From Octopus sinensis (lineage: Eukaryota), in contig NC_043009.1 in the NCBI RefSeq assembly GCF_006345805.1, positions 46,376,001-46,440,000 of the forward strand: a DNA stretch of 64,000 bases. The letters run 5' to 3'. Below, piece by piece: positions 52,513 through 63,867 of this stretch (the first letter of the stretch is position 1; the number at the start of each line of letters is the position of its first letter). The translations under genes and the position numbers were made by a program. The notes under the pieces were generated by a model, which saw nothing but the letters and a program-made list of their open reading frames with translations, did no database searches and was not told the origin of the DNA.

Positions 52513-53592
52513 ATGTATAATATATATATATATATAATATATATTATATTATATATATATAATATATAATATTATATTGATATTATCATACGATTGGACG
52601 CCACGCACCCATTTCCAAGTTAGTTTTATATACACTCCAGGAAAGAAGAAATCTGGAAGGCACCGAAGAACCTGTAACTTCTACCTGCGGGGCAAATGTT
52701 GGCATGGTGAGGGCGGCAAAAACTGCCGGTTCGCCCACCCAACACCCCGCCAGAACTTCAGGGGATTCAAAGAGTAAAAGTTTACCGAGGGAACACGAGA
52801 AATGTCTCCCAGGAAAACTTTCAAAAACTAAGTGCGCTCCTCAGATGTTCTGCGCAACGCAGCAGCTGAGCAGCAAGAGTCTTGTTATGCATGAATGGCG
52901 GAAAGAATTGTCCGGCAGCTAACCTGGCTACACAAGCACAGAGAAGGAAACCTGCCCACCACTATGCAAGACCACCACAGTCAACAGACACGGGATGGCC
53001 TCCCCTAACTCCTGCACAGCCGTCACCCCAATACTTTTACTAAATATTGGGGGCCTGTTGCATCAAAATAGAAACAAAATTTCTTTCCTGAGAGATCTTA
53101 CTGCATGCAATCAAGCCCTATGCATAGCACTTGTGGAAACTCACCTCAACCTTGATATAGAGGACGCAGAAGTACACAAGGTTACAACAGAGTGTATTGA
53201 CATTAGCGAAAAAGATGTCCTACTAGCCATAGATGAAGTGGACACAAACTCAACTGCTGGTCCTGATGGTTTCCCAGCCATCCTCCTCAAAGCGTGTAAG
53301 CATGCCCTGGCAAAACCCCTCAAGATTCTCTTCCAGAGCTTTCTTGCGAATGGCAAACTGCCAAGCAAGCTGAAGGAGGGAATAATATGCCCAATACATA
53401 AAGGGGGAAGTAGAGCAGATGCCAAAAACTATAGGCCTATCTCTCTGACTTCATACATCAGCAAAGTCATGGAAAGGATAGTCAGAAAGAAATAATCGCA
53501 TCCTTGAGGAAAATAACTTGCTGAGTAATACCCAAGCATGGTTTTCGACCAGGTAGGAGCTGCTGACCCAGCTCTTACAGCATTATGACTGG

Positions 53593-54516
53593 GTGTTGAG
53601 GCATTTACTCAACAAATCAAATGTGGACGTAATCTACCTTGATTTTGCAAAAGCTTTTGACAAGGTGGATCATGGTATGATATGCCACAAACCACGTGAC
53701 CTCAGCATAGCTGGAAAACTTGGAGTGTGGTTGCATGACTTCCTGAAAGATAGGAGTCAGGCAGTAGTGGTTAATGGAGCCACCTCTATGAACACACAAA
53801 TAGTGAGCGGTGTTCCACAGGGCACTATCTTGGGACCACTGCTTTTTATAGTGGCCCTCTCAGGTATGCCCTCAAATGCCCGGATAGCCACTCTAGCCAG
53901 CTATGCAGACGATACGAAAGTCTCGCAGAAAATACAGAACCCCAGCGATGTTGCACACCTGCAGCAGGAGTTGGACTCAATCTACAGATGGGCTGAGGAT
54001 AATAATATGCAGTTTAATGCTGAAAAATTCCAGGCCCTGCGCTACCAGCATCCAAAACTGAATATTAAACTTACAGGATACACCGGTCCACAGGGAATTT
54101 CAATCCCAGAACCTAAGTCTGTGAGGGACTTGGGTATCGACATGAGTGATGATACCTCTTTCCAAGTGCACATTACCAGGATGGCGACAAAGTGCAGACG
54201 ACTGGCTGGGTGGATCCTAAGAACATTTTTTTTTCTTCTAGTTTCAGATCAGAGCTGCGGCCATGCTGATGCACCGCCGTTTTGTGCTACATTCGTCCTC
54301 AGTCGCCTGGATTACTGCTCACAGTTATGGTCACCCACCAGTGTAAAATTAACAGCAGACCTTGAAGCAATCCAGCGAAGATTCACAAAGATCGTCTCTT
54401 TGCAACAGCTCAGCTACTGGGAAAGGTTGAAACAGCTGAGACTCTACTCCCTGGAGAGAAGACGGGTGAGGTATGCAGTAATATATGTCTGGAAGATCCT
54501 GGAAGGAATTGTGTAA
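53593..54516 (+). pseudogene. LINE reverse transcriptase (open segment between frameshifts and a premature stop)
   Basis: ORF track 307 aa with the core RT motifs. Confidence 0.92.
54223..54291 (-). repeat. Exact 69-bp inverted copy of 54841-54909
   Basis: ACATTTTTTTTTCTTCTAGTTTCAGATCAGAGCTGCGGCCATGCTGATGCACCGCCGTTTTGTGCTACA, checked base by base. Confidence 0.97.
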
Positions 54517-55032
54517 AATTTTGGCATTGTAAGCTACACTAATGCTAGAACGGGACGACACTGCATAGTGCCAAAGATCCCAGCAATGCCATCACGCTTC
54601 AGGACCAGCTTCTGTAACAGCTTGGGTTTCAAGGGCCCACAGCTTTTTAATATTCTCCCAAAGAGTCTGAGGAACTAGCACAAAGTAGATGTAGCGGTTT
54701 TTAAATCAAAGCTGGACATCTTCCTGTCAAGAGTCCCAGATGAACCTACCTCACGGCAAGAGGTGCAAATGAGAGTAGCTGTATCAAACTTCATTCTTCA
54801 CCAAGTGCCACATATTAGACGAGGTTCGTCGCAATAACAGTGTAGCACAAAACGGCGGTGCATCAGCATGGCCGCAGCTCTGATCTGAAACTAGAAGAAA
54901 AAAAAATGTAAATGTATATACATTTATAAATACATACATGTATATCTATCTATATATATATATCTATATATACACACACATACATGCATACATACATACA
55001 TACATACATACATACATACATACATACATACA

Positions 55033-55066
<34 letters not shown>

Positions 55067-55069
55067 CTC

Positions 55070-55400
55070 ATATAAAATCCGTTCTGTTTGTCTCTCTGTG
55101 TGTGTGGCTTCTAGGATCTCGGGCACCCTCCATCCGATTGCGCCCAAATTTGATATATAGATACTGCCGGTATTAGGGCGTGTACAATCTTTAAAAAAAT
55201 TACAAAAATCGATTCCAGGTGGAATCGATTTTCTTTGGAATAGAAAAAATATCTATCTTTATTCTTTCTTTTGCTGGTGTATCAAATTTAGGTTACATCA
55301 GTGTTTCTCAAAGGAGAGACCTATGGGACGGTCGGAAAATGTTGTTTAAATGTTTGACAACTCAGCACCGTCCATTTGGCGGGGGGCGGGGGGCGTTTTG
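55070..55400. mobile_element. HINE/Helentron-like fragment
   Basis: ATCTCATATAAAATCCGTTCTGTTTGTCTC...CCAAATTTG start typical of DINE-1-like ends; hairpin AATCGATTCCAGGTGGAATCGATT. Confidence 0.45.
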
Positions 55401-55425
55401 CTCGTATATATACATATATATATGT

Positions 55426-55729
55426 GGAGGCGCAATGGCCCTGTGGTTAGGGCAGCGGACTCGCGGCCGTAGGATCGCGATTTCGATTCCCAGACCGGGC
55501 GTTGTGAGTGTTTATTGAGCGAAAACACCTAAAGCTCCACGAGGCTCCGGTAGGGAGATGGTGGCGATCCCTGCTGTACTCTTTCTCCACAACTTTCTCC
55601 CACTCTTTCTTCTGTTGGCCTGCTCGCTTAACCAGCGGGGTGGCGTCATTTGAAGGCTAAAAAACAATGCGAAGCGCATTGTGACCAGCGATGTGTAGCA
55701 ACATCTGATAGCCTCTTGGTCACAGTGAT
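55426..55729 (+). mobile_element. tRNA-derived SINE, full length
   Basis: A box TGGCCCTGTGG, B box TTTCGATTCCC, tail GTGACCAGCGATGTGTAGCAACATCTGATAGCC. Confidence 0.9.
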
Positions 55730-57519
55730 ATACATATATGTATATATATATACACACACATGAATATATCAATCCATATATAACGTATATATAACAGATG
55801 TTTTCTAGTGAACAACCTAATCCACAGCTGACTCTCCCTCAGTTTTCGTACCTTCTAAAGGTGAAGGGTTGACTGATTGATATGTCATTATCGATCACCA
55901 GTTTGTATAATGTGAAACAGAAAGGAAATAAAAGCAATGATATTATCGTACACTGACCTCGTTAATTATTTTATTTGATATTAATGTTGCGTTGAGTTGT
56001 TAATTAGTCTGAATATAGTTGTTTTTTTTAATTGTTAACTTACTATATTGACCCCCCATAAGCCGATGTGAAATATGAGACTGTTTTCATCTTCATGCAC
56101 ACATGCACACCTGCACGCCTAGGCGGCATATACTCTTCTCCCTCCCACACACGCACAGATATGCACACTCAACCAGTCAGAGAAATACGCACAGCAGACA
56201 TGCACATGTATACACACATTCAGACATACGCACTTGCATTTCCCAGATAAGCCCGCACGCTCACACACACACACACACGCACACCGACACACACCATACA
56301 CACATGCGCGCACTCACCCGGACATACATACACACACGTATACAAGTATGCAGCGTTCTCCACCGCTAATATTCCCTTTGTACTGCACTATTTCTTTCTC
56401 TCTATTTCTGTCTTACTTAAGATCTATCATTCTTTTTCTCACTTTCTGTTTACTCTCCCCTTCTATCTATTTCTATCTGTCTGTCTGTCTGACTGTCTAT
56501 CTGTCTGTCTGTCTGTCTCTGTCTCTGTCTCTCTCTCTCTCCTGTCACTCTTGCTTCATTTCATTCAGAAAATGAGAGAGAGAGAGGGAAGAAGAAGCGT
56601 AAACCGAAGAGATAGACTGAAAACTAAAGAGAGAAAGCTAAACAGTTACGGTCTGAGAAAAATGTTTATTTTTCTATAATAATCAGCACTAGTATTGCAT
56701 CTACTGCACAGACTTGTTTGTAGTTCACACGTGATTTGGGAAACCGTGATCTGTTATACAGCAACAGTCATGTATATGCATAAGAGTTTTATCTGCCAGT
56801 CGCAAGCATGCAGTAGATTTGACATATATCAATTTATTATATACATATCTTTTTTTCTCTCTCTCTCTCTCTCTCTCTTTTGTAACAAACAGATTCAAAG
56901 CTTGTCTTTGTATGCTGAATGCATATACAAAGTAGAATATGACCGCCGATGTTACGTTAGGTTCTTTTGATCGTGGATAATGTTCCTATATTTTAAAGGC
57001 TTGTGTGAATAAAGAGTACAGGATTAATACGTTGCGGAATTTAATTGAATAAAAATAGAAGTTGATATTATTAAAAGTATGTGACGCCCACAACTTGTAC
57101 AAGCATTTATCTCTGGCTTTTAGAGGTTAAATGATCGATACCAATCAAATACTGGTATATTGCAAAAAGAAAGTTAAGAAGTAAAGACTTTCCTTGTTTT
57201 TAGTTATCCGTTTGTTCTTCGTGCGATGTTACTCTATCCTGTAAACAATATAATATATTGAATTCAGTTTTGGTGCAAAAGTGGGAAGCCTTTCTTTCTA
57301 CAAACTAAATTCAACTGGAGAGGTAGTTGATAAATGCTTGAAACCAAAATAACACCTTGTATTTATATAACTCATGCTGAAAGGTGATTAATAACTCATA
57401 CACATAAGCACGTTGCTCGCGGGAAGCTTATCACGTCTACAGAAAGTGTGAATTCGTGTCACACCTGCTGCCTTCGACATATTTTTGCATGCTATTATTT
57501 ATAGCTTTATAGGTGGATG

Positions 57520-57640
57520 TGTGTGACCATAATGTTGCACTCATAATCGTAAAGTTATGGTTTCGATTTCTGGACCGAGTGGTGCCTTATGTTCATGAGT
57601 AAAACATTTCATTTCATTTCATTGCTACAGTCCACTCAGC
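57520..57640 (+). mobile_element. Degraded CORE-like SINE
   Basis: GGTTTCGATTTCTGGACCG...TGTTCATGAGTAAAACATTTCATTTC...CAGTCCACTCAGCT. Confidence 0.5.
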
Positions 57641-57717
57641 TAGCAAAACTGAGTAATCCCATGTCACAGAATCTAAGAAACCGATCTTATAATGATTTGG
57701 CTCGGGAAAGACTTAAT

Positions 57718-57930
57718 TAAGGTGGCGAGCTGGCAGAATTATTGACACGGCGGTCAAAAAGCTTAGCAGCGCTTCGTTCGTCTTAACGCTCTGAGTTTAA
57801 ATTCCGCCGAGGTAGACTTTGCTTTTCATCCATTCGAGGTCGATAAAATAAGTATCAGTCAAGTAGTGGAGCCAATGTAATCAACTATACCCCTCGCACG
57901 GAATTTCAGATCTTGTAGCTACAGCAGAAA
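57718..57930 (+). mobile_element. SINE family C
   Basis: TAAGGTGGCGAGCTGGCAGAA...AAATTCCGCCGAGGTAGACTTTGC. Confidence 0.85.
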
Positions 57931-58017
57931 TGATTATTTACAACTGTGAGTGCTCCTAGTTATTCCCCAAAAGAATTATTTAGCATCTTTCAAAAGTTTA
58001 TAAAGATTCTTATGATG

Positions 58018-58087
<70 letters not shown>

Positions 58088-58146
58088 AGTCTGTCTATCT
58101 GTCTGTCTGTCGGTCTGTCTCACTGTCTGTGTGTCTGTCTGTATAT

Positions 58147-58217
<71 letters not shown>

Positions 58218-58219
<2 letters not shown>

Positions 58220-59148
58220 AATTAAATATAGAAACATTCTATTGACATTCCAATAATTTATTTATACTACGATATTACATTCAATAATATGAATATACTA
58301 TAAAGCATAATATAATATCATATAACATAAAAGGCCAACAAATTGTTTCGACTTATAAATACTTTTTCTGATATACATAATCACAGTTCTATTATATATA
58401 TATATAGTCGCTTCGGTGTCTTGGCTTTAGAAAAACACGAAATACCGTGTGAAAGGACGGCTGGATTGTAAAAATTAATTCAAATAACCGTGTTTTGTGC
58501 GTGAGCGTTAACTATTCAATCATACATCAATTACAAATAAAAAAAAAACAATAAAAACACTTTAACGGACGATACAATCAAGTTTATATATTTTTGTTGC
58601 AATTATACGTAGAAGACTTAGATACTTAATAATATACATTTATATACACACATATCTTATTGTATGTTGTGACGACAAGCGACTTTCTTGGACATGGAAG
58701 GGTTTGAATTGGAATGAGTTTGAAATGTAATGAAGTGAATTTCAATGGTTGTGGAGTCCACTTACTTGAATGTATTGTTCGTTAAAGTGTTTTTGCTGTG
58801 TTTATTTAAATTGTAGTTGATGTATGGTGCAATAGTTAATACTCACACTCATAACATATATATTTGAATTAATTTTTACAATCAGCCGTCCTTTCGCACG
58901 GTATTTCGTCTTTTTCTAAAGCCAAGACCCCGAATGACTTTATATATAATGGAACTGCGATTATGTATATCAGAAAAAATATAAATAAGTCGAACACAAT
59001 TTTTTGGCCTTTTATGGTTTTTATAATTAGTTATGTTATGTATATATTATATTTATATTATGTTAAATATTATATTCATGGTATTTATTGAAATATTTTA
59101 ATATAAAGAAATTATTGGATTGTCAATATAATTTCTCTATATTTAATT
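58218..59148. mobile_element. Large AT-rich foldback element (about 360-bp diverged arms, about 180-bp spacer)
   Basis: CTTGGCTTTAGAAAAA...GAAATACCGTG(T/C)GAAAGGACGGCTG and its reverse complement; arms about 58218-58583 and 58763-59148. Confidence 0.88.
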
Positions 59149-59255
59149 TATCTTTATAATTGAATTATACCAATATCTATACGGTATCTAATTGACGTAT
59201 CAGTGCGGATGTTTAACACACCTCTTTGAAAGATTTCTTTTCCTCAGTTTGTTAC

Positions 59256-59307
<52 letters not shown>

Positions 59308-59362
59308 ATATACATACATATATATATACATACATACATATACATACATATATGCACACACA

Positions 59363-59418
<56 letters not shown>

Positions 59419-59419
59419 G

Positions 59420-59593
59420 TTAAACCTATTCCAAACATGAACACACAAAGAGAAAACAACGCGAGGACGTGGAACAAGTATAGTGTTATTGGACGCACAG
59501 GAAAGAAAAGAAAGAAGGAGGATTTAACGTTTCGAGCAGAGCTCTTCGTCAGAAAAATAGGAAAAGGAAAGATCCAAGGAAAGGAAGACGGAG

Positions 59594-59600
<7 letters not shown>
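59420..59600 (-). mobile_element. Short PLE-end-like element carrying a minimal hammerhead
   Basis: Flanked by TA repeats; same layout as family E and the 4900 element. Confidence 0.6.
59523..59555 (-). ncRNA. Minimal hammerhead ribozyme fold, canonical core
   Basis: UUU-CUGACGA-A-GAGC(UCU)GCUC-GAAA-CG-UU^-AAA; stem I only 3 A-U pairs; palindrome AACGUU. Confidence 0.5.
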
Positions 59601-59638
<38 letters not shown>

Positions 59639-59642
<4 letters not shown>

Positions 59643-60591
59643 GTTATCACATATATAATGTCCGAAATATCATATATGTAATTTCTATCTAATTCTAAAT
59701 ACTCAAAAATGTCTCAGTTGAATTTGACGATGAGCTTCTTTAGTCAGAGCTTGAAAAACATAACACTGTGTCAGTTGAAAAACTGGCAAGCAGGCTCAGT
59801 TCAAGCCATTCAACCGTTCGACGCCGTCTTCAACATCTTGGAGAGGTGCCCAACCTCGAAAAATGGGCCCGCCATGATTTGACTGAAGGCAGCTGAAAAT
59901 CATGAGTGGACATCTGCTCATCTCTTTACTCTCGTAGAGATTAGTGACTGGTGATAAAAAATTGTTCTTTTTATGAAAAGGTTAAGTGACGCATGCAATG
60001 GGTTAGCTGTGGAGAACAGGTTAAGCTACAACTCCAAAACGACCTTTATGCCAAAAAAGGTTCTTCTTTCTGTTTGGTGGGATTGCATTGGAGTCACCGA
60101 CTTTGAGCTGCTACCAACAAATGCATCAATTACTGCTCACACATATTAGAGCATCTGGATGCTGCTTTGAAGTAAAAAAAGACCTGTTTTGGTGAATGGT
60201 AATGGAATGGTATTTCATCCTGATAAAGAAGGGTCCCACACTGCAAAGATTACATCAGAAAAAATAAAAGAACTTGGCTGAGGAAAAATTCTCAGCCACC
60301 TTATTCTCCGGACCTCTCTCCTTCTGATTAACATTTGTTTCGAAGCTTACAGAATCATTTAGATGATAAATACTCAAACGCTCCAAAGATGTCGAAATTG
60401 ACATCTCTTCCTTCTTCCCATCGAACCAAACGAGTTTTTCAGCAATGGAATTTTAAAAACTGATGGGCAGATGGAAGGAAGTCGTCGATAATGATGGGAA
60501 TTAAATATAGGATAAAATTTTAATAAAATGTGAAATTTGATCATTTTGTTTCCCTATCCAAAATTCGAACATTACTTATGGGATGACCTTA
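59639..60591 (+). mobile_element. Decayed, internally deleted mariner (second family), both TIRs and TA flanks present
   Basis: TCAGGTTATCACATATATAATGTCCGAA versus reverse complement TAAGGTCATCCCATAAGTAATGTTCGAA; WARHDLT, VTGDKK, PYSPDLSPSD*HLF. Confidence 0.88.
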
Positions 60592-60596
60592 TATAT

Positions 60597-60774
60597 ATAA
60601 GATGACAAAAGATAAACGATTATCTAATGAACTTCATTAGCTTACAGCTGTTTCTGCCTCGAGGTTCTGATGAAGCTACAAGCACTCAAGTATGAATCTA
60701 TTGCATTTTATAGCAGAAACAGCTGTAAGCTAATGAATTTCATAAGATAATCATTTATTCCTCTGTCATCTTAT
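60597..60774. repeat. Foldback (arms 60597-60657 and 60713-60774) overlapping a hammerhead core
   Basis: CATTAGCTTACAGCTGTTTCTGC / GCAGAAACAGCTGTAAGCTAATG. Confidence 0.9.
60663..60731 (+). ncRNA. Hammerhead-like fold with canonical core and large loop II
   Basis: GGUU-CUGAUGA-A-GCUA...UAGC-A-GAAA-CAGCUG-UA^-AGCU; stem I weak (two G-U pairs). Confidence 0.45.
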
Positions 60775-61440
60775 TCATTTATTACCATTCTGTACTCGAC
60801 TAACGCTTGGTTCTGAAGCGTATGTATATTGAGTTCTACATTAGTTAGTATCACTGAACTTCGTACGGATTGTTGTTGATACATACTATCATCGGTCTTC
60901 TTTTTCAAATTTCTCTTCCCTATTTTACTTTACAGTTAGGACAGTCCTTTATTTTTGGTAATAGTCGTATTGCAATGCTGCTAGTATGATTTGAACATTG
61001 GATTTCCTTTTAATAACCCATTGGCAATACTACCACTTTGAAACATAAAATAATATCACTTACTATTACTAATGAATATATCTGCTGCAATGTGGAGCTT
61101 GCACGATTTTTAATCGTTCCGTATGTATAATCTTCCGACGTCACGAAGGACATAAATATCACTTATACGTACAATCTCAAAATTCTGAAATTTTAATGGA
61201 AGATTAATTCCTACTTTTGTGAGGTTTATTTATTTCCCCAAAGATTGTGAAGAATTTGTGTGTGAACGGGTTCCAGATGCCAGCGAAACCTGATTTACAG
61301 ATTGACAGCATTAGAGCTGATATACTGATATCATGTTAAAACACTGAATGTGACTCTGTGTGTGCATATATATATGAGTGTGTCTGTTTGTGTGAGTGTG
61401 GTATGTGTGGTATGTATGTGAGTGTATGTGTGTGTGTGTG

Positions 61441-61475
<35 letters not shown>

Positions 61476-62062
61476 TAGATAACAATTTTAAGCTATCTCT
61501 ACAAATTTTCTATAAAATTTAGTCACCACCGAAAGTTACGACGTTTAGTATACGTATACGTCTACTTAAACAGTATGATCGAAGTAGAAAATTAGGTTGC
61601 GGTTGTGGTGTATATTCATATTTCGGGAGTTATTGCTCGTTTTTCAGCACTACATCCACTAACACATTGCCTAAAAAGCCACTAAGTTCAACATTGTAGC
61701 AGTATTGGATAGACCAATTGATATGTTAAACACATATATAGTATTAATTGCTGATAGGGACACCGTATTTCGTTTTGCAATCATAATTTATCACCAAGTA
61801 TATTAAACGTACATAAGTCAATATCTTTTGTGTTAACAGTATGAATCAATCATTTTAAAGTTATCTCCATAGAATTTTTGTTGAGCGTAGAGCCAACACT
61901 AGAAGTTAGGAAGTTTTGTATACAAATACATCAATTAAAACAATAAGATCAAAGGCAAAAATGTAGGTAATATATGAATATTTAGGTAATATATGGTAAT
62001 ATTGTACTGACCAGACGATCCATCTGTTGACAGCGCCCACAGGAAAACGGGCTTGGCACGCC

Positions 62063-62188
62063 ATGGCTGCTAATGCGTGGACGTTCGCTGCGGCTACGCT
62101 ATTTCACATTTTCCTGAACGGAGAGCCGGTGATATCTCCGTTTCAAAGACACACCTTTTTACAAGTCTTCTCTTTGATGGAGCTGTAA
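62063..62188 (+). CDS. Candidate short ORF or first exon in a CpG-rich patch
   Basis: CACGCCATGG Kozak-like context; MAANAWTFAAATLFHIFLNGEPVISPFQRHTFLQVFSLMEL*. Confidence 0.2.
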   Translation: MAANAWTFAAATLFHIFLNGEPVISPFQRHTFLQVFSLMEL

Positions 62189-62513
62189 TTCTGAGTCAAG
62201 AAAAGACAAAGGTTACTTAATTTTAAACCCATTTCTGAAGTTTTGCATTTGAAATATTTGAGTCCAAGTCATCAGAGTGGATAACAATCTCAATCATATT
62301 AAGATATGTTTGATTCTGCATGTTTAAAGTAATAACGAAGTAGTTACAATCGCTTACCTTCTCACGTATATGTTGTTCAGTTAACAAAACATTAATAGAT
62401 ATTACCATCATATGGTTGACCTAAGCCACTAAAAATTTGCTATACCATCTGACACAGACTCATACCTATGTTAAATACGATATACAAGCATATTAGTAGG
62501 AGCAGCAGTAAGT

Positions 62514-62612
<99 letters not shown>

Positions 62613-63133
62613 AGCATAAAAGTCAGGATTTATGAGAGCTAAGTATATATATTTAACCACTTCTTATTAGGATCACGGCCGTTTCGCAGCCATCACAATA
62701 CTAATTTCAGTGTATATGAATTGTGTTTACGTGTCTTCACTAAAATGTGTGCTACGTATTATATAGTATAAATGAATATTTACAAATCAGTGCAGATAAA
62801 GAAATCTAGCTCATCAGATCACCAGAACATCACTGTTACTCAAATGTTTCAACACTATACATACAAAATTTTCCCTTTATACAGATGGAATGAATGTAAG
62901 AACGATACTAGATAAAATTAGCCTTGTATGGTCATTCAAAATACCAAATAAGGTACAATATCTAAGTTCATGGAATTGATAATCCTTAATGTTAAAAAAC
63001 AGGAAGAGATAGTCCGCCCGAGGATCTCTCTGTGGTGGCCACACGATTCTAGGAATCTATATATTGCACAAAAAAATTATATACACAGTTGTGCGCGTGT
63101 GTGTATAGGTAAATAGATAGGTAGACAGACGGG

Positions 63134-63205
<72 letters not shown>

Positions 63206-63227
63206 CAGAAAGAAAGAAAGATAGCCG

Positions 63228-63281
<54 letters not shown>

Positions 63282-63507
63282 GATAGATAGATAGATAAAA
63301 GCCAACGCATCAGTACAGAAACTCCGTTTATGGAATTCCGTACTAAGTATGAATACCAATTTCTTTCTTAGGGAAATTCGGGTAAATTTTAATCCTGAAA
63401 ACAAAAATTACGCCACGTATGAATAGAAAAATTAACAAAATATAACTGTCTTTTTTAGTAATAATGCATTGTTGTGGTACCTCTAAGTTATGTTCGGCTT
63501 TATGTAG

Positions 63508-63620
63508 AACCACGTGCAGTACAGTGCACTACTGTAATTCCAGGTGACTGGAAAGAGATCAACACGTTTAAGTACTGGAAAGAAGTGCAAAAAGAAATCA
63601 AAAATGGAAAATACGGACTA
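63508..63620 (+). CDS. Candidate internal exon
   Basis: TTTATGTAG| or TTCCAG| (63544) acceptor, open frame PRAVQCTTVIPGDWKEINTFKYWKEVQKEIKNGKYGL, donor CTA|GTAAGC. Confidence 0.2.
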
Positions 63621-63772
63621 GTAAGCTTGATGTTTTACAAAGTGTAGGTGCTGGAAAAATTCAGCAATATTCTAAAAATATTAATGCTTGCAGCATATAT
63701 ACAATGAAAATATAGTCAAATCTAAGTTTAAGATCTCAAGAGCTACTCTTGTTTAACTTCTTGCACATTGTT

Positions 63773-63867
63773 TACCTTTATAAATGTGATATGATGTTTA
63801 ATATGAAGTTCTTGAGTCTACCTTTATAAATGTGATATGATGTTTGATATGGATGTTCTTGAGTCTA
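63773..63867. repeat. 46-47-bp tandem duplication
   Basis: TACCTTTATAAATGTGATATGATGTTT...GTTCTTGAGTC occurs twice. Confidence 0.9.

Larger units (their letters stand above)
52630..54906 (+). mobile_element. CR1/L2-group LINE, 5'-truncated in ORF1, most of the endonuclease deleted, RT retained, A9 tail
   Basis: CNFYLRGKC...CRFAH; LLNIGGL...VETHL fused in frame at about 53178 to TAGPDG...NYRPISLTS; YLDFAKAFD, GVPQGTILGP, YADD; ORF2 end at 54837. Confidence 0.95.
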
